DNA of 64,000 bases from a virus, in IMG/VR virus record IMGVR_UViG_3300013102_000007, positions 1 to 64,000 of that record, one strand, 5' to 3'. This document shows positions 14,441-23,110 of the stretch, piece after piece. Position 1 is the stretch's first letter. The number at the start of each line of letters is the position of its first letter. The position numbers and the translations under genes are program-made. The notes under the pieces were generated by a model. It was not told the origin of the DNA and ran no database searches. It saw only the letters and a list, made by a program, of their open reading frames with translations.

Positions 14441-14920
14441 ATGAAAATTTGCTCATGCGAAGGGTGTACGTACCCTGTATTTAGTCATCTTTATTGCCAA
14501 AGGCATCAATCTATGCGTACTGATGGTAAGTGGCTTAGATCGTTAGAGCGTAAAGCTTCAACTATCATTAATCCGATTAGCAATAAACCTTCAAAATCAA
14601 TCAAACGTACCTCAATAAAATCAAAGTTTCCTAAACCTACTGGTGAGTTACAGCTATTCAAAGAAATTTGGGAAGAACGTAAGCACGTATCAGAAATTAG
14701 TGGTCAGCCTTTAGGAGAATTTAATGTGCACATGTTTAGTCACATTTTGACTAAAGGAGCTTATAAAAAATTCAGACTTAGGAAAGATAATATTAAATTA
14801 GTTACTCCTGAAGAGCACGATCTGTGGGAATTTCACAGAGATAAGATAAAAGAAAACCCAGCTTGGGGCTGGGTCTATACTCGTTATGAGGAATTAAGAT
14901 ATGAATATTACAATTCTTAG
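14441..14920 (+). CDS. Cys-rich protein, possible HNH/His-Me-finger nuclease
   Basis: The track ORF starts at 14426, inside the -7 box, so the second ATG at 14441 is preferred. N-terminal CSCEGC...YCQRH. C-terminal H...N...H spacing (FSHIL..DNIKLVTPEEHD). Functional call is weak. Confidence 0.5.
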   Translation: MKICSCEGCTYPVFSHLYCQRHQSMRTDGKWLRSLERKASTIINPISNKPSKSIKRTSIKSKFPKPTGELQLFKEIWEERKHVSEISGQPLGEFNVHMFSHILTKGAYKKFRLRKDNIKLVTPEEHDLWEFHRDKIKENPAWGWVYTRYEELRYEYYNS

Positions 14921-15171
14921 TAATCCCCTGAAGCTCCACTTCCTGAAAAGTCACCTCCACCAAAGTCTGTACTTCCTGAATCGCTTGAACTGCTACCAGA
15001 GTCATAATTGTCAGAGCTAGGTGCATCGTAACTAGAGTTATCAATTGGTGTCCATTCAATACCAGTTTTAAAAGTATCTTCAATAACTTTTTGAGTAAAA
15101 CTTTTTCTACACTCGTGAGTGTGTTCATACATTGGAGGAATATATTCCCCACATAATTTACAATAATTCAT
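14917..15171 (-). CDS. small zinc-ribbon-like protein with Ser/Gly/Asp-rich tail
   Basis: CKLCGEY...HTHEC motif. Preferred over the overlapping 14802-15152 ORF because its start at 15171 lies 3 nt downstream of the stop (15174) of the upstream gene 15174-15428. Confidence 0.55.
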   Translation of the reverse strand: MNYCKLCGEYIPPMYEHTHECRKSFTQKVIEDTFKTGIEWTPIDNSSYDAPSSDNYDSGSSSSDSGSTDFGGGDFSGSGASGDY

Positions 15172-15173
15172 AA

Positions 15174-15428
15174 TTATCTTTTTTCTATACCGTGAACTTC
15201 AAAACAGGCCACGCCTAATGTTACAACTTTTCTTAATTCATTTAAACCACCAGCTGCACCTTTTTGTGTAGATATGGCTTCAATGGCTTTATTCATATAG
15301 TGCTGCATATATGTTATGAATGCTTCAACTTCATGGTAGTTATCATGATCTTTACCACCCCACTTAGCATCTTGGTAATCTCTTTCTGAGTCTATAGCTT
15401 CATAGACCTCTTTCCTTGTATTTCTCAT
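15174..15428 (-). CDS. small all-alpha protein, weak MazG-like resemblance
   Basis: Internal ATG (M48 of track ORF 15174-15569) lies 2 nt after the stop of the upstream gene. ERDYQDAKWGGKDH motif resembles phage NTP-pyrophosphohydrolase-like proteins, but there is no clear EExGE. Confidence 0.5.
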   Translation of the reverse strand: MRNTRKEVYEAIDSERDYQDAKWGGKDHDNYHEVEAFITYMQHYMNKAIEAISTQKGAAGGLNELRKVVTLGVACFEVHGIEKR

Positions 15429-15429
15429 C

Positions 15430-15657
15430 TTATAACCCGTTAATTTTGTTATCAATCTCATACCAAATAGCACTAACACCAATACGATCTTCAGATGTAA
15501 CTTTTGGTTTATTAGTACCTTCAGGCAAACCTTTTTCAAATTGTGAAGAGTTTTTATTAAATGCTGCATATAGCATTTCTAAATCTCTATATGATTCAAC
15601 TACAATACTAATTGTAATTGGAATAAATTCCATATCTCTTTTTGATGTAACTTTCAT
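15430..15657 (-). CDS. hypothetical protein
   Basis: 75-aa ORF. Confidence 0.55.
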   Translation of the reverse strand: MKVTSKRDMEFIPITISIVVESYRDLEMLYAAFNKNSSQFEKGLPEGTNKPKVTSEDRIGVSAIWYEIDNKINGL

Positions 15658-15670
15658 TTTAAACTAATAA

Positions 15671-15697
15671 GGTTAGCACCCATAAAGAATGCTAACC
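15671..15697 (-). terminator. hairpin (possible terminator/attenuator)
   Basis: GGTTAGCA/TGCTAACC 8-bp stem between 15706-16542 and 15430-15657. T-rich but interrupted tail. Confidence 0.4.
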
Positions 15698-15705
15698 GAT
15701 TAAAC

Positions 15706-16542
15706 TTATTTTTTCTCTCTCACAGCTTCATAAACAGCTTTAATTCTATCAATAGGTTCAGCTGCAACAAATTCACCAACTGATACATAACGTAATTTTT
15801 CAACCTTTAACAAGTGTGCTAAAACTTTAGCTGCTCCAACTTTGTTTAAATAGTTTAAAAGAATTTTACGTTTATCTTCTTCAGTTTGTTCCACCTTATT
15901 TTCTGGCGCTTGTGTAGCTGGCACAGTTGGTTCATCAAAAGATGCATTTGGAGTAATACCAGCTGCCGGAGTACCTGTTAATGCTTTAGAAGCCTCTACC
16001 GATTTAGGTGGATTAGCTATACCTTGAGCAGTTTTCTTTAAAACTTCAGATTGAGCTTTAGCAGGATCAATAGTTGTCGTTTTAGCGGCAGGTGGCGTTG
16101 GTTTAGGTGGTAATTGTTGTTTAGGTTTACCTGTTTGTAAGCCTTTAAACACATCAATACCAATTTCAAGGTAAGAGCAAATTTTAGTAAAGGCATCACT
16201 AGTAGCACCTTTATATGCATCACCTAAATCGAAATTTTTACTACTTTGACCAGAGTTGTCATTACCACCATAACTTTGTAATGTGATGTTGTAATCAGGA
16301 ATGGTTAAAGTTGATTGTACAACTATCATTCCATCGGCACCTACACTAAGCACTTCGCTAATTAAAGTCCATTTACCAATACCAAACACACTGTTTAAAC
16401 GTTCTGCAACGTAAATAGGTTTAATACTGCTTAAAAATGTTTTGGTAGGGTGTTGAGTAACAGCTTCATCTGGAAGTGGTGCAGATAATTCTGCTCTTAA
16501 TTGTTCTTGAGATTTTAATACTTTTTCTTCTTGATTTTCCAT
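15706..16542 (-). CDS. Rad52/Sak-like single-strand annealing protein
   Basis: ERLNSVFGIGKWT and DLGDAYKGATSDAFTKICSYLEIGIDVF match Rad52/22-family hallmark blocks. Pro/Ala-rich linker and C-terminal tail. Confidence 0.75.
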   Translation of the reverse strand: MENQEEKVLKSQEQLRAELSAPLPDEAVTQHPTKTFLSSIKPIYVAERLNSVFGIGKWTLISEVLSVGADGMIVVQSTLTIPDYNITLQSYGGNDNSGQSSKNFDLGDAYKGATSDAFTKICSYLEIGIDVFKGLQTGKPKQQLPPKPTPPAAKTTTIDPAKAQSEVLKKTAQGIANPPKSVEASKALTGTPAAGITPNASFDEPTVPATQAPENKVEQTEEDKRKILLNYLNKVGAAKVLAHLLKVEKLRYVSVGEFVAAEPIDRIKAVYEAVREKK

Positions 16543-16545
16543 TTT

Positions 16546-17028
16546 TTATTCTTTTATTTTTGTGTAAGTAAATGTTGCTGTAGCTGGCCAAAAACCATTA
16601 ACTAGTTCTTCTTTAACGTCTATTACTAACTTTGGCATATATTCATCAGGATCAGCATCTTCAGGAAATCCTAAAAATAAAGTATTACCATCAGCAGTTG
16701 TTAAAGATTGCATAGCTTCGTTAAAGCTTTTATAGTCTTTAGTAAATGTAATAATAACATTTCCGTTTAAAATGTTTTCTAATTCTTTTAGAGAAATTTC
16801 AGTTTTTCCTTCTAAACAACTTTCTTCAAAAGTCCTAACCCATAATGACCAATCTGAATCCTCAAGTTCAATATCAAAATATAATTTATCACCACCACTT
16901 AATCTAGCATTAGATAAACTATCAGCTGACACACAGAATATGGGTTCTTTAGCTTCAGTTAAAATTTTATAAGCCTCTATACATTTTTCAGGTGTATCAA
17001 CCTGTACATAAATTTCTTCTTTTTTCAT
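16546..17028 (-). CDS. hypothetical protein with MKKEEIYV-type N-terminal domain
   Basis: MKKEEIYVQVDTPEKCIEAYKILTEAKEPIF...ISLKELENILNG, paralogous N-domain. Confidence 0.65.
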   Translation of the reverse strand: MKKEEIYVQVDTPEKCIEAYKILTEAKEPIFCVSADSLSNARLSGGDKLYFDIELEDSDWSLWVRTFEESCLEGKTEISLKELENILNGNVIITFTKDYKSFNEAMQSLTTADGNTLFLGFPEDADPDEYMPKLVIDVKEELVNGFWPATATFTYTKIKE

Positions 17029-17081
17029 GTTTTTTTTTATTTATACTACGAATATACAGTTAAATTAATTACTGTGCAAAT

Positions 17082-18152
17082 TTATTTTATTTGAAAGTAA
17101 GCTTTTTTAAATTGAGTAGCTCTTCTATTAGTCATACTATTAGTTGTACCTTTAATACCTTCAAATGATCCACAAGATTCAAGTAATTTAACGCGACAAA
17201 GTGTTTTGTATTCCTCGATCTTGTTAGCTAATTTAATGCATTTTAAATACTGAGCCATATTAAAATCATCATTTTCATCAGCAACTTTAATATTTACATC
17301 TGAGTCAATTGGTTCAGCATAAATTTCCTGCATCAACTCTAAATTATCTTCAGTACCAACTGGTTCCGGTGTAACAGACTCAAGTATCGCATAAAACGCT
17401 TGTGCTGTTTCAATATCTCCTTCAGCTTCAGCCTCTTTCATACCTTTTAAAGCCATTTTACCAACCTTAACCTTCTCAGCAAATTCATTAACCTGTCTAA
17501 GAATCTCCTTTTGCATTTCAGGATCAGCATCAATTTCTTTTATTTTAAAATTAACACCATCAATCATTACAAGTAATAAAGCTTTGTCAACATTAGCAAT
17601 CAACATTTGATATTGAATTTGCTCCATATATTGACGAGCACAACCATTAGTCCATTTAATGTAATATTGCTTATTGGTATGCTTCAATTCGATAGGCATA
17701 TTTTTAGGATACAATTCACCTGTTATTGGAGAATAAGTTACACCTTTAGTGGTATAATCCAAAGATACAAACGAATTTGGATAAGCATCATTAACTAAAA
17801 AATAGTTAGCTTTAGATGCTTTCCTAACACTTACACCATTCAAACTATTATTTAAAGATTCTTGCTCATCATTGTGTACATAAGCTTCATATCTTTTAAT
17901 CGTAGTAGGCTCATTTAAGTGTCCGGCCAAGGTAGTTTCTGTTATAAAGAAACTATGATGATAATTTATCAAATGATAAAAAAGTCTCTGTTTTGACTTC
18001 CAAGGATTACTACCAGTAATAACTGAAACATCACTAGCACCAATTCTGACAATTTCATCATCATTAATGCCCTCCATTTCTGATCGCATGGCAGCCCAAG
18101 CATTCATATCTGCTCCTTTGCCCCACACTATTTTTCTTGGTTTATTTTTCAT
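17082..18152 (-). CDS. YqaJ/lambda-exonuclease-like recombination exonuclease
   Basis: IGASDVSVITGSNPWKSKQRLFYHL matches the YqaJ N-terminal signature. Partner of the adjacent annealase. Confidence 0.7.
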   Translation of the reverse strand: MKNKPRKIVWGKGADMNAWAAMRSEMEGINDDEIVRIGASDVSVITGSNPWKSKQRLFYHLINYHHSFFITETTLAGHLNEPTTIKRYEAYVHNDEQESLNNSLNGVSVRKASKANYFLVNDAYPNSFVSLDYTTKGVTYSPITGELYPKNMPIELKHTNKQYYIKWTNGCARQYMEQIQYQMLIANVDKALLLVMIDGVNFKIKEIDADPEMQKEILRQVNEFAEKVKVGKMALKGMKEAEAEGDIETAQAFYAILESVTPEPVGTEDNLELMQEIYAEPIDSDVNIKVADENDDFNMAQYLKCIKLANKIEEYKTLCRVKLLESCGSFEGIKGTTNSMTNRRATQFKKAYFQIK

Positions 18153-18642
18153 GTTTAAAATTTAAGTTTGCAAATTCTTTAAAATGTTTTTTAGCAAATT
18201 TATCATACGCTTTAGCTGCTTCATGTTCTGTACTGTAATAACCTATATGCATAACTTTACCTTCTATAGTTATTCTAGCTCTCCACGGTTTAGTTACTTT
18301 GCCACTGGCAAAAACTACCCCTTTGTAAGTTGAAGTTGATTTGCTTATTCTAGCTTTAATTTTGTTCCTTGAGTTTTGCATATGATTACAAATTCGAATA
18401 TTACTTCTTCTGTTATCTAATCCATTTGCATTTTCATGATCCACAATAAGATTTTTGTCATAAATATCTAATATAAATCTGCTTAAACGAATATTTTTTC
18501 CTTTAATTTTAGAAGTTGCATACCAACTCCTATTCTTATCAGGCTTAATGGCACACCACTTATGTTGTGATACTTTGTCATAATCTTTTTTATCAATCAA
18601 AGCAACCTTACCCTGAGTTAATTTTATTTCAACTGTTTCCAT
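18142..18642 (-). CDS. HNH homing endonuclease with AP2 DNA-binding domain
   Basis: VDHENANGLDNRRSNIRICNHMQNSRN (HNH_3-type) plus YKGV..WRARI..G....IGYYSTEHEAAKAYD (AP2). Overlaps both neighbours. Confidence 0.85.
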   Translation of the reverse strand: METVEIKLTQGKVALIDKKDYDKVSQHKWCAIKPDKNRSWYATSKIKGKNIRLSRFILDIYDKNLIVDHENANGLDNRRSNIRICNHMQNSRNKIKARISKSTSTYKGVVFASGKVTKPWRARITIEGKVMHIGYYSTEHEAAKAYDKFAKKHFKEFANLNFKHEK

Positions 18643-19685
18643 TATACGAATATATTTGTACTATCATCATCCCAATTGTAATTAGGCTGAATAGCACTTG
18701 ACGTGCTAGTATTTTGAGCTTCGTATTCTCCACAATAATACTTTATACCTCCTATAATTTCATAGAACTTCTGAGCAGGTACGTCATAGTACAATCTAAA
18801 GGCTCCTGTGTCTCCGGCACCAAATACTTTATTTTTTTGAACTAAAAAATCTGTAGCATTGGCTGGATAGGGGGTGCCAACTGATCTTTCCATAACACCT
18901 TCAGGACAGCGCCACAATCCAAACATAGTTTGAGCAGTCCTCCAAACATTCATACCATTAGCAATCTTAGACGGATGTGGTTTACCCATATACTCAACAC
19001 CTGTATCTTTGTCAGTAATTAAATCTTCTCCTTGCAAGTGCATACATATCTGAATATGCATATTCATAGAATCAGCTACATGATTTATATAATAAAGGTT
19101 TTCTAAAATATAATCAGCAATTTGCTTTTTTCTTTCTTCATCATCTTTGGCCACCATGTTGTGAGGGTCAATCAATAAAATATCAATTGGTTCACCATAC
19201 TCTTTGGCTGCTCTAAATATTTGTGAAAACATTTCTTCAGTAGTAAATCTAATTTTATCTTTACCAACAACTTTAGGCGCTAAAAGAATAAAATGTTTAT
19301 CAATAAAAGCTAATGCTTCCATCCACTCTTCATCTGTAGCTTCTTGTTTAAATGCACCATGAAGCTTTTTACCAAGATATACCTGAACTAAATAAGATAC
19401 TAAATAATTTCTACCTCCGGCTTCTGGTGAGTAAATAGCAAACACAGCACCATATTTACGGGCTATATACATATAAATGTCAAATACAAAAGATGTTTTA
19501 CCCATAAAAGGGTGGCTGTAGAGAAAACTTGTGAATCCTTTTTTAAGTGAAAGATACGGTTTAGCTGACTCAAATCCTATATCATAACCACCTTCGAAAA
19601 CTATATTTCTACTTTCAAGTACTTCATTCTGAAATTCGGACACTCTGTAGTATGATTTAGGTGTAAGTTCTTTCTTTTTTTCCAT
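18642..19685 (-). CDS. DnaB-like (RecA-fold) replicative helicase ATPase
   Basis: Walker A SHPFMGKTSF resembles DnaB RPxMGKT. Walker B ILLIDPHN. 347 aa, corresponding to the C-terminal helicase domain only. Confidence 0.6.
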   Translation of the reverse strand: MEKKKELTPKSYYRVSEFQNEVLESRNIVFEGGYDIGFESAKPYLSLKKGFTSFLYSHPFMGKTSFVFDIYMYIARKYGAVFAIYSPEAGGRNYLVSYLVQVYLGKKLHGAFKQEATDEEWMEALAFIDKHFILLAPKVVGKDKIRFTTEEMFSQIFRAAKEYGEPIDILLIDPHNMVAKDDEERKKQIADYILENLYYINHVADSMNMHIQICMHLQGEDLITDKDTGVEYMGKPHPSKIANGMNVWRTAQTMFGLWRCPEGVMERSVGTPYPANATDFLVQKNKVFGAGDTGAFRLYYDVPAQKFYEIIGGIKYYCGEYEAQNTSTSSAIQPNYNWDDDSTNIFV

Positions 19686-19686
19686 A

Positions 19687-20064
19687 CTATTTTAATGGAT
19701 TTATAGCACCCATAACGTTTTTAAACTTATTAATTTGATTTTTTTGTGCAAACTGTGTATTTAGTCTTGCAAAGGTTGCTAATCTACCACCTATCTTAAA
19801 AACTTTTTCCTCTTGAAACTTAAACTTTCCAGTTGGTTCAAGCCTAGTCCAAACACTCAAAAAAGCATTCAACATTTCATTCGTGTATTTATTTTTAGCT
19901 TTAAAGTTCCAAGCATAAACATCCCTTCTAAATTTTTCAAAAATTTCTTTACGATCAGCTAAAGCCTTATCTTTAAACAAAGCAATCACTTGTTGCGTTG
20001 CATCACCTATATTTAACTTATTTAACGAAAAAGCTAAAAAAATTGAATTGATTTTCTCTTCCAT
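19687..20064 (-). CDS. hypothetical protein
   Basis: 125-aa ORF immediately downstream of the helicase. Confidence 0.6.
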   Translation of the reverse strand: MEEKINSIFLAFSLNKLNIGDATQQVIALFKDKALADRKEIFEKFRRDVYAWNFKAKNKYTNEMLNAFLSVWTRLEPTGKFKFQEEKVFKIGGRLATFARLNTQFAQKNQINKFKNVMGAINPLK

Positions 20065-20067
20065 AGT

Positions 20068-20154
20068 TTAAAGAATTTTAGTTAATTTTAAAAATCCGTA
20101 ACCAACAACTAACACATAGATTAGCAATCCTAAAATTTGCAATTGAGCCTCCAT
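20068..20154 (-). CDS. mini membrane peptide (28 aa)
   Basis: MEAQLQILGLLIYVLVVGYGFLKLTKIL. ATG 20154 is 3 nt after the upstream stop, and the stop at 20068 is 4 nt before the next ATG. Confidence 0.4.
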   Translation of the reverse strand: MEAQLQILGLLIYVLVVGYGFLKLTKIL

Positions 20155-20156
20155 AA

Positions 20157-20576
20157 TTATTGATGATTAATATATAAATTCTCAGGATTAAAATACATCA
20201 CACAAGATGGATAATAATCATTAGTATTATCAGTACCAATTTCCATTATTACTTTACCAGTTAGTATGTCTGTAAAAATGTAAATATCACACCTTCTATT
20301 CCATCCATCATCTTCCTCTTCGTACCTATCTTTATGTGTAATATCAACTTCATGTGGCGCAAATGTATTTTTTAACTTCACTTTATCACTAACTTCTACT
20401 ATATCACCAGAGTATGATCTATAACCGTCACTTGGGTCTTCAATAGCCATATAAGTTTTACCATCAAGAACAAATGATATTGATTCAGCATCCCTATCCC
20501 AATAATCATCTTCAGATTTGGGTACAACACCCATTTCAACACCAGATAATATGTGTCTACCTAATAAATTTTTCAT
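20157..20576 (-). CDS. hypothetical protein
   Basis: 139-aa acidic ORF. Confidence 0.6.
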   Translation of the reverse strand: MKNLLGRHILSGVEMGVVPKSEDDYWDRDAESISFVLDGKTYMAIEDPSDGYRSYSGDIVEVSDKVKLKNTFAPHEVDITHKDRYEEEDDGWNRRCDIYIFTDILTGKVIMEIGTDNTNDYYPSCVMYFNPENLYINHQ

Positions 20577-20577
20577 A

Positions 20578-21156
20578 TTATTTTGTTTTTAATTTATTGT
20601 AAAAATGATCAATTGCTACACCATCACGTTGTTGATTTTGCATTACAAGCTGAAGACCAAAAATAATGGCCGAAGCGTGATCTTCAGACTTGTCCCCAGC
20701 TTCTAATGATGCTAAGTGACGATGAATACTTTCAAAGCTTGACTTGTCAGGTTGACCCAATTCAAAGTTACCTTCACCATATTTTTCAGCACCAAGCAAC
20801 ATGTGATAACCAAAACGTTGTCGTGTATATGGTAATAAATCAGCTACACGAGGTTTACCTACATTACTATCTCTTACAGAGCCTGTTTCGAAAGAACGTT
20901 GAGTTGATTTTGTTATTTTTTCACTAACACCAAGTATCTCAGCCAACTCTTCAATTGAAACTTCTTTTAATGATAATCTAGGCTTATAACTCCAATCTTT
21001 ACTATAGGCTACAGAGAATCCAGATGAACCATAAGGTTCACCTCTAAATATACAGCTACTAGGCCATATTGATTCACCAGATTGTTTTAAGATAGATACA
21101 ACTCTTTCACAATCTTCTTTAGTTTTAGGGGCTACATAAATTTCTTCTTTTTTCAT
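20578..21156 (-). CDS. MKKEEIYV-domain fused to dATP/dGTP-diphosphohydrolase-like domain
   Basis: N-terminal MKKEEIYVAPKTKEDCERVVSILKQSGESIW...IEELAEILGV. C-terminal GKPRVADLLPY...GAEKYGEGNFELG...SIHRHL...EDHASAIIFGLQL resembles the phage dNTP diphosphohydrolase N-domain family. Confidence 0.65.
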   Translation of the reverse strand: MKKEEIYVAPKTKEDCERVVSILKQSGESIWPSSCIFRGEPYGSSGFSVAYSKDWSYKPRLSLKEVSIEELAEILGVSEKITKSTQRSFETGSVRDSNVGKPRVADLLPYTRQRFGYHMLLGAEKYGEGNFELGQPDKSSFESIHRHLASLEAGDKSEDHASAIIFGLQLVMQNQQRDGVAIDHFYNKLKTK

Positions 21157-21191
21157 ATTTTAATCTTTAATGTCCAAATATATAATTATTT

Positions 21192-22793
21192 CTAATACAA
21201 CGTAGTATATTTACCTTTTATGATGTTAATGTGACTGATTTTACCATTAGGATACATAAGAATATTAGTATTCATCCAAGAGGTAGCACCATTATTGTAC
21301 CCCACACGTATTTCAGTCAATGTACCTACAGAGGCATGACCCTCAACCCTAATAGGTGAGTGAGTGTGTCCGGTTATGGTTTTAGTATTTAAGTTTTTAA
21401 ACTGAATAGCTGTACCCCTAGAACCATTAGCGCCTAAGTGACCATGTATACCAGTTTCCCAACCTAAAATTCTGTGTGAATCGTTAATACCTAAAGCTTT
21501 TACATTTTTACAACGATCTTCAAGAACATAAGGAATCACTCCTTTTGGCGCGACACCAGTAGCAGTGGCCATAGCAAAGAATAAAAATGCTTCACGATTA
21601 GGATTTTTTCTCCAATCAACATTAATAAGCCACCTATCAAGAAAGTCATCGTGATTTGAACGTACTGCTATAAAGTTTAAATTCTTATGCTCGTTAAAGA
21701 ACTGAACTATGTTTTCAATTTCATTCATTAAATTGCCAGTACCATTACGTTCATTTTCAAGTTGAAGAAATGGATTGTTTATTTCATGGTGAGAGACACT
21801 TTTCCCATCAAAAATATCGTGCACAATAACTTCCTTAACATTAAAATCTTCAGCCATATCTACAGATACTTGTAGTGCACGTTCATTGTGGTGTCCGTAG
21901 TGAACATCGCCCCAAACAATAGCAGGGCACTGTGCTTCATAAGACACAACAAAACCATCAGCTACATGACTTTTAAGGTCATAAAAACTACCATCTTCTG
22001 TAGCCTGTATCTGTCTTACGTGAAATATATCTCCATCTAGTTCAACTATCACAAAACCGAATTGATGATTAAAAGCACCTTTCGCTCCGGCTTTAGTGTC
22101 GGTGTAGTTTGGATAAGTTAAGGCACCAGTAGTTAGTAGTAATTTATTAGGATAACCATCCAGTACAGGTAAAGAGGCCATGTGTACAGCTGGGTGTCCA
22201 ATAATACAACTTTCTAAAGAGCTTAGACCATTTAAACCACTTAGCGGTGTTGATGCTGTAGGTTGTATTTTAAGATCAGCAAATATAGATAGATATTGGT
22301 GAATGTTTTGACGGTTAGCATCTAAATAAGGTTCAACAGAAGTGTCCCAAAAACTTTTATTTCTTTCTTTATTCTCCTGTTTTTCTGAAGCTTCTAAAGA
22401 TGTAGGGTTTTTGTAACGGCCAGCTATAACGTGTATCTCTGCATCTATAGCTTCAGCATAAGCTTCGATATTATTTAAAAAATCTTGGTTAACTGGTGTT
22501 TCAGCTTGTGCCCAAGTAATAATGAAACGTTTTTTGGATGGATCAAACTCGCGTTTTTGAGCAGCTTTAAAAACCGGATTGTCTTCGAGTTTTACGGTGT
22601 TATTAGTTATTTCAGCTTTTTGTAAAATATGTCTGTAGTGTCTTCCTACAGTTTCTCTATACTGCAAGTCAAAGTGGTTACACATTTCACGTGCAGCCAC
22701 CGTAACTTCAGAGCCTTTTTTAACTAAATCAATGACGAATTGGATATTCGCCTTTTTATAGTAGGGATTCCTACTTTCTGATTTTTTGCCCAT
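21192..22793 (-). CDS. calcineurin-like metallophosphoesterase with N-terminal extra domain
   Basis: Ordered motifs GDVHYGHH, HDIFDG, SNHDDF, HGH, GHTHSP in the C-terminal half. Confidence 0.75.
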   Translation of the reverse strand: MGKKSESRNPYYKKANIQFVIDLVKKGSEVTVAAREMCNHFDLQYRETVGRHYRHILQKAEITNNTVKLEDNPVFKAAQKREFDPSKKRFIITWAQAETPVNQDFLNNIEAYAEAIDAEIHVIAGRYKNPTSLEASEKQENKERNKSFWDTSVEPYLDANRQNIHQYLSIFADLKIQPTASTPLSGLNGLSSLESCIIGHPAVHMASLPVLDGYPNKLLLTTGALTYPNYTDTKAGAKGAFNHQFGFVIVELDGDIFHVRQIQATEDGSFYDLKSHVADGFVVSYEAQCPAIVWGDVHYGHHNERALQVSVDMAEDFNVKEVIVHDIFDGKSVSHHEINNPFLQLENERNGTGNLMNEIENIVQFFNEHKNLNFIAVRSNHDDFLDRWLINVDWRKNPNREAFLFFAMATATGVAPKGVIPYVLEDRCKNVKALGINDSHRILGWETGIHGHLGANGSRGTAIQFKNLNTKTITGHTHSPIRVEGHASVGTLTEIRVGYNNGATSWMNTNILMYPNGKISHINIIKGKYTTLY

Positions 22794-22852
22794 AATAAAA
22801 TTTTACTTTGGGCAAATATACTAAAATTAATTAATACTAAACAAATTAAATA

Positions 22853-23110
22853 TTAATTATTAACAGGAGCATCACCTGTTGCTGGATCGGTAGGGGTAGG
22901 ACTTGTGTTTAAAAATTTAGAATAGTCAAAAGAGGCTAATCCAAAGAAAGCTACAGTAAGTCCAGCCATTATAGTCATAGGCTCTGTTAGAGCTAAGAAT
23001 CCAAATGTTATAGCAAATGCTAAACTGATAAACCCACCTACTCTTTTAGAGCTATAAGTGAGTCCATCTGGATTAGAAAGAATGTCAAATATTATTTTTG
23101 GTAGTTTCAT
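22853..23110 (-). CDS. putative holin
   Basis: 85 aa with two TM helices. Its start overlaps the endolysin stop. Confidence 0.5.
   Translation of the reverse strand: MKLPKIIFDILSNPDGLTYSSKRVGGFISLAFAITFGFLALTEPMTIMAGLTVAFFGLASFDYSKFLNTSPTPTDPATGDAPVNN

Noticed and set aside
14802-15152. 116-aa minus-strand ORF overlapping both 14441-14920 and 14917-15171.
   Set aside because: It overlaps two better-supported genes, and the alternative frame (14917-15171) has a zinc-ribbon motif and packs tightly against the upstream gene.
15416-15667. 83-aa plus-strand ORF, plus the N-terminal 47 codons of track ORF 15174-15569.
   Set aside because: Both conflict with the tightly packed minus-strand genes 15174-15428 and 15430-15657. 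An internal ATG 2 nt after the upstream stop gives a consistent gene chain.
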